Assembly: GCA_000708835.1 (NCBI GenBank)
Contig: DF237054.1
Coordinates: 135,501-199,500 of the forward strand
Length of the DNA stretch: 64,000 bases
Source: Klebsormidium nitens
Taxonomy: Eukaryota > Plantae > Klebsormidiophyceae
Direction of reading: 5' to 3'
Shown: positions 36,313 to 47,096 of the stretch, piece by piece
Layout of the letters: each line of letters starts with the position of its first letter
Position numbering within the stretch: position 1 is the first letter of the stretch
Notes under the pieces: model-generated
Database searches by the model: none
What the model saw: the letters and a program-made list of their open reading frames with translations, nothing else
Told to the model about the DNA's origin: nothing
Made by a program: the position numbers and the translations under genes

Positions 36313-37683
36313 ATGGCTCTAGCAGTGCACCATGAGGGGGACCCATCTACTGTGAATCCAACTGGTTTGCACGAGACCATGCTCGACAATGTTTCAGCAA
36401 GTGAGGTGAGAAACACTTACCTGCTGTGCGTCACAATCTGATCCTTCTGTGTGAGATTGCTAGAGTTTCTCGCCTTGCGGGCTTGACAGGGATTTAAATT
36501 GAAAGAAGTTCTAGCCTTAAAGTTAAACAGTGTCCCGTGAAGTACTAAACTTTTCGACTTTTTAAAGAACAGACTTGTTAGGAAGTTTTGAAGGCATCAC
36601 TTTATGAGCGACACTTAAGTCTCTTGAATGTAGGTCCATGATGTAATTGTTGGCATCTACCTGGCGCTTTTGCAGCCATTTGAGTTTAATCTTATCAGTA
36701 CCCACGTCATTATTTTATGATTGTGCTTTCAATGTCGGGCATTATCCAAATGACTTCCCTCAAGGGAGCACAACTGGTTTGCTAAAAGTATCCGCCCTCG
36801 AAGGTTCTTGCATCAACCACCTGCAGCAAGCCGATCAACAGTGTGTACTCAGCCTGATCAATGGAGCTTTTGTCGGCAGGTGTTTCATGATGAGGACAAG
36901 GGCATCACGTGCTACGAGACTCCCCTGGGGGAGATTGTGTGCGAGGGAATCGACGACGGTCCGCATTTTTCGTCCAAGGAGCTGCCTCAGGCCAAGAGGT
37001 ATGTCAGAGTGCAACTTGTAGTTGCTTTTACTGGATTTGGTATCGTTTTTACGAGCGAGGGCTGGCAGAGTCTGGTCTGGTTGATATTGAAGTAAACTCA
37101 TCTGCCGCTTCTTCGGTCCTTGTCAAGCGGCCGTTTTTCACACCTTTTCAGTCGCGCCTCTGTCAAGGCCGCCACTGTGTTGTTTGTATGGTGTCTGTCG
37201 CTGTTGATGCTGTGCTACGTCAAGTACTGAGGCTGGTTACGGGAAGTTCCACCATTTTCGGTGGTTCAACGCACTAATTTCGCCTTGACTGGTGGGATAC
37301 ATGGTCAAATGTTTTGCTTACTAGATAACCCTGCGCCAATGCAACCAAGGTAGATGAAAACTTGGGAATACTGCAACGCATTTTACAATCCATCTTAGTG
37401 CTTTCTATGTTCAAAGTAATTGACACAGGGGGCCTAGCCAACAAACTCACCTTGATATAGGTTAAAGACCTTTGTTGTGATAAATCCTGAAGCGCTGGAC
37501 CCCTGCGTTGTTCACAGGATGGTTGGCGCACTTCACAGCGGGCTGGACCAGGTCAAGGCCCGCGCCATGAAAGTGCGGAGGGCATTGCGCGACAACGAGC
37601 CCCTCGAAGGCGCCATGTGTGTGACAGACAGTGAGGGGCACGTCGAGTGTGACGGATTGGACGAAAGCCACGTTTGCATGTAG
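36313..37683 (+). CDS. Small (~125 aa) 3-exon protein of unknown function with two C-x5-G-x3-C-[DE]-G-x-D motifs
   Basis: Exons 36313-36405, 36880-36998 and 37518-37683 join with GT-AG sites and matching phases (0, 2). Motifs are CYETPLGEIVCEGIDDGPHF and CVTDSEGHVECDGLDESH. Confidence 0.75.
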
Positions 37684-38919
37684 GAACAAAAAGGTTTAGC
37701 TGGGTGCTTTTGTGGGCATGCACTGTGCGGGAGACATGCATGCCGGGACCTCCGATTATCCGAAACGAGGTTGCCCAAGGCTCGGGGCTAGAAAGGGCCA
37801 GGAAGAATGTTTTCGAAGTCGCCATTGTGAACCTGGCTGCAGGAGGCCTGAGTTCAATTGTATTTGAGGATTAAGGGGAGGGTGTGGGCCCGGGGGGTAA
37901 TACACAAATGGTGACGTGTTGTTTAGGTCAGATCAAGGAGCTGCTTGTGTCCAGGGATGAGCGCCGTAAACCGGGCGCCGTGGCTTTCAAGCTTTGAGGC
38001 ATGCCCACAGTGTGTGTGTTGTGTGAGCTGAAGTCACACCAAACAAGATGACGGTTTCTCAGAGAGCCATTGTGCAAACCCGTTTATTAGCTGACGTGGA
38101 CTACAAGATTTTCAGCGGCCTGGAGGGGGGTGAGACCCAAGGCACATGAACTAGAACAAGTTTGCCGAACGATGGTGCTTCGGTTTTCCATCAAAATTAG
38201 TAGAACCTAGTAGTAACGCAGATCCGGCACAGGGACAGTCAACAAGGTAAAGGTTGAGGTGACAAGGCAGCCGCCATTAGGGGGCATCTCGCAGTAGTAA
38301 TCTCCTATGTTTGCGCTTTGCTTGCGTAGGATTGGCCACCGACGTGACTCATCACCTGTAAAATCAGCGCTTCTTGTGTCGCAAACCTTTGGGCCTGCTA
38401 GCTGTTCGTTGATCGTTGTCCGGAGCTGCGCATTCTTCCATCCATGCGGCATTCCTTGTACTGAGAGATGAGAAACTTGTTGGGGATACGTACCCGTATC
38501 TTGGCCGGAGTGCGGATCATGCATCTATACATAGCTAGGCGCTGCGTCCACACCGCATCCGTTTTATACCATACCGTGAAAGCGCCTCGAGTGGGTGACG
38601 ATTCAGTCGGATACGACACGCGCCAATTTTTGTTCTGCATGCATTCCCCAGCCTCAGAACTGAGGATGGACTAATCAATATGGACATGTCTTATATAATA
38701 ATTGACTGCACATAACCTGTACGAACACCTCAGCGAAAGGTTGAGCATCGAGAACATGATACAGCTCGACGGTGCTTGCGCAAAGCGAATGGAAATTCTG
38801 CATAATAGCAACTGCTTTTGAAGACGCCCTGAACTCAGTAATCATCTATCATGACTTCGAATCCTGTTCCCCTCGAGGCCTAAACTAAGTGGGTCACACA
38901 CAAACCCAGTTTCTTTAGT

Positions 38920-41900
38920 CTAAGCCAGGCCAGCATCTTTCAGCACGGCTTCAAAAGCGTCGTCATCGTCCCAAGGGACCTGCAGCACGACGTAGAATGA
39001 AGTCAGCAACTTTCGCAAAGGCGGACTGGCCATTGCTGTCACCTCTTGAATCTTTGATCCAAACCTCTCAAAACTTCAACACTTTAAGTTGAACTCTGGC
39101 CAATATCAAACAGTTGCGCTCTTCGCGGGCAGTTTTAGCATTACCAACAAAGGGGTCTAGAACATGGTCAAACTTTGAAAAAACTAGACTCCAAATCACA
39201 AACCGAGTTTCTCACCTCCTTGATCTCGCGTTGGAAATGCTCCTCAATCTTGTTCAGCTTCTCCGTGTCCCGGTCGCCTGCCACGAGGTTAAACGCGGCG
39301 CCTTTACGTCCGAAGCGCCCGGACCGTCCGATGCGGTGCAGGTACGTTTCGTACTCGGGCTCGTACGGCGGGTGTACGTTAACCGGGATGTCGTAGTTAA
39401 CCACCAGGGTTACGTTGGCCTGGTCGAACCCGCGCGCGAGCACGTCCGTCGAGATCAGAATCTAAGAGAGAACAACACTGGCTTCAGTGTTTAAGTGTCT
39501 ATGTCTCCATTTGCACATTAAATAAAATGTTGCAATCAACCACCAGCTTAGATTGACCTGGTCGATCAGGCGCGCGAGGACGTCCGTCGATATCAGAAAC
39601 TGTGAATGGGGAACTTTGGCGTCAGTGTGGGGTGGAGTTACGCACGTGTGTTTTTGTGCACGTTGATGAAAAGCGCCGTAGTATACTACTGCGGTTACGT
39701 CAAGCTGGTCGAGACTGCGCGCGTATAATACCGTCAAGCTGAGGACTGCGGATGGAAATGTTTGCGTCAAGGTGGTGGTGATAATGTCGAGCAAGTTTCG
39801 TCCGACATGCGTATTACTGGGTTCGCTACTTCCAACGAGAGTAAGAAAACGCTGCCTGGTGCAACCCTGCGCAACCGGATTGTTGGACGAATAATAGCAG
39901 GAAGCAAGCCTTTCTTGCGCGACTTCCTGACCCTTTGCAGGACGCCTGTCCGTCGATAACACGAAGGAACCCTACTACGTTTAGCCCACAGAGATAGATA
40001 ACGGCCGAATTTCGCCTGATCAAACCGAGCTTGAGCAACCTGAGCCTTAACCGATTATCCACCAGAGTCCAACGGAAAAAGATCGGAAGTCCCGTTCATG
40101 GCAGAAGTGACAGGACTTCGGAAGTTGGAAGTGGTGAACCGGGTGCTCACCTTCGTGGTCCCGTTTCTGAACTCCTTGATGACCCGGTCTCGATCGCTGT
40201 GCTGCATCCCGCCGTGGATTGCTGTGCACTTGTAGCCCTCACGATCCAACCTGGACGAAACCGATGGAAATATGTTTAGCTCTCCAACTCTGCTTCGGTC
40301 TCAGCAACGTTGCGGTTGAGAATCTTAACCAACGACCTCGACCAACGCATTGACTCTGAAATAAGCAAACAGCCTGCAACGTAGTGGAACGACATTCAAG
40401 CGTTCTAGCGTTGGGACTCTGATCATTTCAATAAAGTGCCTTGCACTGCAGCTGACACGCAACTGAGAAGGCTTCGAACGCTTGCACAACATTCAAAAAG
40501 GAGGCACGCCGCTCCCGTACTCTGACGAAGATACTGGCTTTTTGGACATAACATGCGTAAGAGAATCCACACTATAACGTCTTACGCAATCCCTCGACTC
40601 AACAGAGATGGAAGTAACTTCAGCTGTGGCTACAGACTATTAAGACCTTTTCACAAAACCGATACCTTTTTAAAATTCGCACCTTTCAAAAGGGGACATG
40701 CCGTCTCCTGCCTTTTGACAAAGATGATATGATCTTCCAACGTAGCGACCATAAGAGGTTCCACAGGAAATCTCAGCTGTGGCTACGGGCAATTGGGAGA
40801 TGTTACGTAATCCCGCACCTTTCAAAGAGGAGGCGCGCCGTCTCCCGCGTTTTGACGAAGATGATGGACTGGCCCAGCTTCTCGGCGGCCGGGAAGATGC
40901 GCTCCTCGAGCACCTTGATCTTGTCGCTCTCGATCATGTCCCGGTTGCGGCTGAAGGGCACCACCACCCGGTACTGCTTGATCACGTCCAGGCTCAGCTC
41001 CTCCCGGGGCACAAACACCTGCGACCCGGACGAAATTGGGTTAACGTTGACAAAGTTAACGTCCCGGTTGTGGCCAGAGGGACCACCACTTGCTATGCTA
41101 AATGACGTCCAGCCTCAGCTCCTCCCGAGCCACGGACACCTGCGACCGAGGAAATAAAATTGGTTAACGTTGACCAGCTTTTCGACTCACACGGTTTCTG
41201 AGCTTTATGAGGCAGAGTTGCTTGAGCACGTCCAGGCTCAGCTCCTCCCGGGGCACAAACACCTGCAACCGGGCAAAAAGACTCGGTTATGGTTGACCGG
41301 ATCAATAATTCGTACGGTCTTCGAGCTTGGAACGGTTACTGCCTGATCATGTCCAGGCTCCGCTCTTCCGGGCGTGATCACCTGCGACCGGAAAAGGAGA
41401 TTCCGATTTATTGTTAATCGGGTTTTCGACCAGGTTCGCCAATGGACGAAGGCCTGCGACTCAGAAAGCGACTCAGCTTATGGTTGACCAGTTTCTGAAA
41501 GTTCGGCTGTGTTCGACCTTTTGTGAGGCGAAAACGCGGCGCTGCATCAATAGTGGCTCAAAACGGAGGGTGAAGGAAGCAGGATTAGGACGATGTTCTA
41601 CTGGATATGGCTTCGAAACTCCAAGCAGTCTGCGTTCGTAGATTAAGAAGCTGATAACAGAGAATTAGACATTTGGACTCTTGAACACAAAGATTTCGCC
41701 CAGAAGCAAAGCTGCATCAGAGACGGCTCGAACTCGACCTTTTCATCATCTGAACGGGTGTGTAACTGTGGTCAAATCGAATCGGGATAGAACCTGGGGC
41801 GACTGTTTATCCAGATGAAGCACAGATCTGAGGGGCAATCCGAACAAGAATTAGCATCGGCTCTTACCAACGAGCTTAGGAGCACCAAAACCGTCCTGCT

Positions 41901-44900
41901 ACTAGCTAAAGCATCTGTCCCCCTGACCAGATAAGTGCAACGTGCTTGAAGTAAGTTTCTCAGCAGGGAAAGCAAACATAGTACCGGATAGTCCGGAACA
42001 GACGACTCGAGTCCTTACCTGGTTCGCGTTCTTCACCATGTTGACTGCAAACTGCTTCACCTTGTCGCTGAAGGTGGCCGAGAAAAGAAGGATCTGCGAG
42101 AACCAGGTCGGTATGAGTACAAACCAGGCTAGATCACGTCACTCCCAACGCATCGCGGCACTCACTAGCTACACCATAACTCAACAATGTTGTGCTCCTT
42201 TTCAAAATTGTCGTGATCAACCTGCAGACCTGAATTGCAACCAACACTGTCGTAATCCACCTGCAGACCTGATTTACAACCAACACCTTTGGCAGCCAAA
42301 GTGAGTCCTCCTACACATCTTAACCACGCCGTAACCCACAAATAGACCGCCTAGTTTGTGACCAGAACCTTTCAACGAGCCTGAGTCCCCTCCAGCTCTC
42401 AACCATGTCGCATTCCACCTGCAGGCCGCTTGATTTGCGACTAATTTTCTTCAGCAGCCTGGTCGAGTCGTACTCGGAGCTCTAAGTGCCCTAGTTAAGT
42501 CAACTGCAGGCCGCCTGACTGCGCCTAACCGAAACCTCAACCATGTCGCAAACCACCTGCAGACCAGATACATTCAAACGGTATCATCGAATCGGTCTGA
42601 CTCATGTCATAGCCCACCTGTAGACCGGCTGACTTGCGACTGATCTCCTTCAGCAGCCTGATCGAGTCGTCCTTGAACCCGTCCTGGTCGAGCATGTGAT
42701 CCGCCTCGTCAAACACCAAGATCCGCAGATTGTCCGGTTCTAGAATCCGGTCCTTGGTCAGCCACCGTTTCAGTGTGCCCGGGGTGCCGATTACCACCTG
42801 CCGCATGACCAGGCTCGTGGTCAGTGGAAAAGATCCCTGTATCTGACTGCCGGGAGTAAACTGACGGGCTGGCTTGCGGGCTTCAAGAGCATGGACTTGT
42901 CGAAGCATAGGAATGGGCTTACGTAAACCAACGGTACCCAGAGATAGTGGACTGCAACAACATGTTGGCATGTTCCAATCGACGGCCCTGGAATTAGTTT
43001 CATCAAAGCAAGCACCAGGCTCAGCGAACTGCTTGAGACGGCAGCAAGGGTCCCTGAAAATCAGTTTCAAACCAGGCATACGTAGCCGTAGAACATAAAC
43101 AGTCCAAGAAAGAAAGACTGCGAAGCTGCAAGAAAAAAATTGACAAGACACCACCAACCAAGGGCACCGCACGACTCCAGAACGTTCTTTGTCCTCCAAA
43201 CGTGGCGTCCGAAAAGCTTTCATCGACTCTTATCAAACGATTCCGACCCGAACACAATCAAAGATACAAGCATATCACACATTCCCGCGCAAACACAATA
43301 AATAATACAAGCAAGCCAACGCAAATGACCCCGCAAACAGACCCACATCTCACCTGGTCCACCAGTTTGTCTCGTCTCGTCGAGGACGGCCCGTAGCCCT
43401 GGTCCGCGAGCGCCGTGCATGCCACTGTGATCCCCGTGTACTTCGCCATCCGCAGAGTGACCTCTTCGTTCTGAGCAGTGGATAATAGTGGTCAGGAAAC
43501 GCTTTTTTATCCATCCAGCCAGCAATGCTAAGAATGAGAGGATCTTTAGAAAACATCGGAAAGGGAGCGCCGTAAATGCCACTGTAACCCCCGTGTCTTA
43601 AGCCATCCGCAGAGTGACCTCCTCGTTCTGTAGCGTACGAGTCAGCCAATCAGGAATAACCATACGAACTTCACCAAAAGCCTGCTCGGGAATGTTCGTT
43701 GAAACAGCCTAGCTTACGACCAAAGCGTAAGGAACTCTCGGGTTTGGTCACTGTACGCACGCAAAGCATCTGTTCCAATTTGAAACCAAAAGGCTGAATC
43801 GCATACCGGCCACAATGGTCCATCCACAGGCATGAGTATTGTATAGACACAGACTGTGCCGCTCGACAGCCCCGGCTACCCGACGGCAAAAGATGCTCGG
43901 CTGGTGCCATTGACTTTGCACCATCGAATCAACTTCAAAGCTTCCCTTCCCAAGCGGCCAGGCCTATTTCAAAGTACTGCACTCACGACTCTTCTGACAA
44001 CCAACGTACTGGCCGCTGAAGATAGCGGTCGTCAGACTTCATTCAGGATCGTCACATCATTCTTCAGAACTTCGGAAGTCCCTAGCAAACAATCTAGAGG
44101 ACACAAAGATGGACAAAGCAGATGGAGGGATACCTGTATAGCCAGCTCTCTGGTTGGACAAATACAGAGGGCTTGTGGGGCCTTCATATTGGGGTCCACT
44201 CTGCTAAGCATGCCGAGGACGAAACAGGTCGTCTTGCCACTACCGTTGTGCGCCTGCACCAGTCCAAGAAAGAACGACGTTTCTTCTCCGTTCTGCTTGG
44301 ATGCTTAGTTCCTGCCGCGATGATCTTTGACACAATCTTATGCACGTATGATGGTTAGAAGGTGGAGCGATGTCAGAAGATTCGAAGGAGGAGAAACCGC
44401 AAACAACAGATCGACAAAACCCGCCAACCGAGAAGGACACTTTTCTAGATGCTGACTGTGGTGTGCATAATAGTCTTCTGATTTTGAGATCAAGTTCATA
44501 AAAACCGGCAGCCTATTCTGTTGCTCAAACACTAAACACCGCACGACTTCGGGGCCCTCCAGAAAATACAAAGGCGATGGCCCAGAAAAGAAGGAAAGGG
44601 CTAAGATGCGCACCTGAGCGATGAGGTTCATGTGCGGTGGTTGAAGGATAAGGGGCAGCGTTTCTGCCTGTATCCGACTCGGCTTCTCGAACTTCATCTC
44701 GGAGTAGAGGCCTCTCAGCAATGCAGAAGAGAGTTGTAGATCCTCGAACGTCGCTGCGCTGCTGTAGGGGGTGTTCCCCGCTAGTACCTGCATAGCAAAG
44801 GTATCGTTCCTTCTATGTTCGTTCGCGCATTGTCTCCATTCCCTTCAAAGCGTCAGTCCCAAACTCAGTTGTGAAACATCATGTTGTCAAATATTTCCAG

Positions 44901-46237
44901 AGCTGTCCAGGAAGTCACTTGCGTGCGCCTCCGGGTGCAACACAAGCGACTAAGGACCATAACAACTTGGAAGCGATTGGCACACAAATTGGGCCCTTCA
45001 AAGAAAGCATCTCCTCATCCAGTTCAAAGCACTTAGGCCCTTGGTGAGCTAAGCATCTCCACAGTAACCACTGACGCCAGAAAAGTCAATTCCCCGGCTA
45101 CCTTTGCATTTCCAACGAAGCGCGGACACATGATCCACACATACTGGAATCAAGTACTTTTGCTGCAAAAGCAGAAAAGTTCTTTAACAACCAAGAAATC
45201 CAACGCAGTTTGTCTTTCACCTTCTGTATCTTCCCCTCCGCCGCTTCGTTCAGACCGTTGGATTTGATCACTTCCTCTGCTTTGTCAATGGTCCCTCCAC
45301 TTGAGATAGCCAGGCTGCAGCCAGCAAGATGTTACATGTGAAGTCCATCCGAAAGCTTGAGATGTAGATTCAAAGGTTTGGCTGAACGTATTTCCAGTGG
45401 TGTGTTTCTTAGCCAGAGCACACGTAATGATCAGTGACCTCTTCGAAAAACGCTTCAATCACCCGAATCTGAAGTCTGCACCTAGCAGGGGATGAACATC
45501 CAGCGGGTGCCTCAAGGTGGACTTGCGAGCCGCTCTTTCAAAAGCGGACTTTGATCATTCTTCCAATTTGCTGATGCTTTTCCTTTTGGAACCCTGTTGA
45601 ATTTGAGTGGAATTGAGTGGGGTTCCCTAACGTCCCTGGTTTAAAGAGGAGAAAAAGTTTTTGGCAGGAAGCTGACGATGCAGTAGTGGCGGCATGTTCT
45701 TTCCATAAAGATGATGCGACAAAACAGATATTGGTTCTGCCCACCCCTTGACCACTACTCCAGCATTCTTGGTTGTGATCATGCTTCTCTCTAGATGCAC
45801 CTTACCCTTCACACTCCCAGCTCTCCATTATTCCCTTTGGATTCTCTAAACTTTGACGAGCACCAAAAGTTTCAGGTCAGACTCGATTGAGCCTCAGACT
45901 TCAAACAATCAAGACATGTCCCAATCAACCACCCGCGCTGTGGCGTTCCTCTGCACTGGACTCACTTTCCCATCCCAAAGTTATCAGCTGGCCCTGAAGA
46001 GTAAGGATCCGCATCCTCGGGAATGTCTGCCCAAGATACAGGAGCCGGCGCAGGGGCGGGGGCGGGCGCAGGCGCAGGGGCAGGCGCCGGAGCTGGGGTT
46101 GGTGCAGGTGATGGAGCCGGAGCTGCAGTAGACGCTGGGGCGGCAGTGGTAGGAGGCGCGGCTTTCTCCTCTGACGGTGCCATCTTCGGCGATTCCTCGT
46201 CTGCAAACTCGTCGACATTGATATCATCGTCCGCCAT
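38920..46237 (-). CDS. DBP5: DEAD-box RNA helicase of the DBP5/DDX19/LOS4 (RH38) mRNA-export subfamily, 11 exons, 545 aa
   Basis: Exons 46237-45966, 45314-45221, 44787-44614, 44253-44134, 43470-43354, 42797-42618, 42093-42019, 41018-40819, 40250-40151, 39461-39216, 38979-38920, all GT-AG and in phase. Motifs: Q motif (FEKPSRIQ), [57 protein letters not shown]. The N-terminal SWAD and the AHNGSGKT variant are typical of DBP5/LOS4. Confidence 0.95.
39540..39745 (-). repeat. Two decayed copies of the acceptor plus 5' end of the helicase exon starting at 39461
   Basis: The copy at 39599 reads cag/[14 protein letters not shown] versus the true ag/[14 protein letters not shown]. An older copy near 39690-39745 reads [16 protein letters not shown] versus [16 protein letters not shown]. 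Confidence 0.85.
40485..40740 (-). repeat. Two decayed copies of the 3' end plus donor of helicase exon 41018-40819
   Basis: True plus-strand text cgcacctttcaaagaggaggcgcgccgtctcccgcgttttgacgaagatgat (from ~40814) has copies at ~40678 (cgcacctttcaaaaggggacatgccgtctcctgccttttgacaaagatgat) and ~40490. Confidence 0.85.
41019..41400 (-). repeat. Three decayed ~121-nt tandem copies of the acceptor plus 5' end of the helicase exon starting at 41018
   Basis: cag/GTGTTTGTGCCC(C)GGGAGGAGCTGAGCCTGGACGTG-like text starts at 41139, 41261 and 41381, each with a ggtta..gttgac intronic block. Confidence 0.9.
42215..42575 (-). repeat. Decayed copies of the 3' end plus donor of helicase exon 42797-42618
   Basis: A ~57-nt copy at ~42414 (ccacctgcaggccgcttgatttgcgactaattttcttcagcagcctggtcgagtcgt) matches the true text at ~42614. 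Shorter acctgcagacc copies lie near 42220, 42258 and 42554. Confidence 0.8.
43560..43640 (-). repeat. Pseudo-exon copy of the 5' part of helicase exon 43470-43354, carrying an in-frame stop
   Basis: cag/AAC GAG GAG GTC ACT CTG CGG ATG GCT TAA at 43627 versus the true cag/AAC GAA GAG GTC ACT CTG CGG ATG GCG AAG at 43470. Confidence 0.9.
46040..46130 (-). repeat. Hexanucleotide-type repeat encoding (AP)n in the helicase N-terminus
   Basis: [28 protein letters not shown] lies directly before the SWAD motif. Confidence 0.9.
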
Positions 46238-47096
46238 TCTGATTCTGTAAGCTCTCGACTCTGAATCACCAAATGTTTTGGGGCCAAGTGGGCTCTATAA
46301 GGGGAAAGCTGCGGCTCAAGTTTTTGAAAGGTGAACCAATGTCAAAAGCTGCGCTCAGAAGAGCAGGCTAAGAATCAGAGCTGGAGCTTGAGGACTCATC
46401 CGGAAGAACGAAGGCTTGTTATACTAGAGTGTGAATACGGTCCGGTATTGAATCCAGTGCAGCTATGTATAGTCTGCCTAGGCCGTAGGTACTACCTGGC
46501 AGACGGTGGAGGCCGCCTGCCTGGAGGCTGGCACAGATCAGAAGAAAGTGGTAAAGGGGTTCTGCTCCAGCGTTACATCCGGTTTGGAACAACATAAAGA
46601 GCAAAGCATTATACCGTACCAGCGTTTAATTTCGTCAGGTTCGACGCCAGATAATTAATTACGAAACGTTTGCGGGTTTCGGCAGCCCTAGCGTTACCTG
46701 CTAAACAAGACCAGTATCGGTCCATTACCGCCAGACTATTTTCTAGCGGAATTCGTCAGGCCAAATAATTATTTAATATTTGACGAAATCAAACGCTGGT
46801 ACGGTAGCGGGCAAATGCAAATGGCAGTGTAACGGTGTTGGTTGGTTTGTGGTTGATACTCACCGGTTGATTAATTTCACTTCCAGCAAATCCTTCTTTT
46901 TATGGAGCAGGGAAGATCGGCAGTCTGTGGCCCGTGGGCCCCCAATTCCGGTATCCAACGGCTCAGGTCTCGTCGTAGTCAAACATCCCACCTTCCCGCT
47001 CATTCACACCAATCGAAAGCCCGGAAATGGAAAGGAACTTGCTTTAAGTTTGAGCAGCTGTTTCATGTGCAGCGTCATTGAGCCTATTTGAGGATC
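46238..47096. promoter_or_regulatory. Probable bidirectional promoter region between DBP5 and NOC1
   Basis: The start codons diverge at 46237 (minus) and 47097 (plus), 859 nt apart. GGGCC/TGGGC(T/C) site-II-like words occur at ~46280-46295 and ~46928-46942. Transcription starts cannot be located from sequence. Confidence 0.5.

Noticed and set aside
38207-38674. Overlapping short ORFs between the small gene and the DBP5 stop
   Set aside because: No homology recognised, and the only candidate intron is 33 nt. Likely UTR or intergenic sequence.
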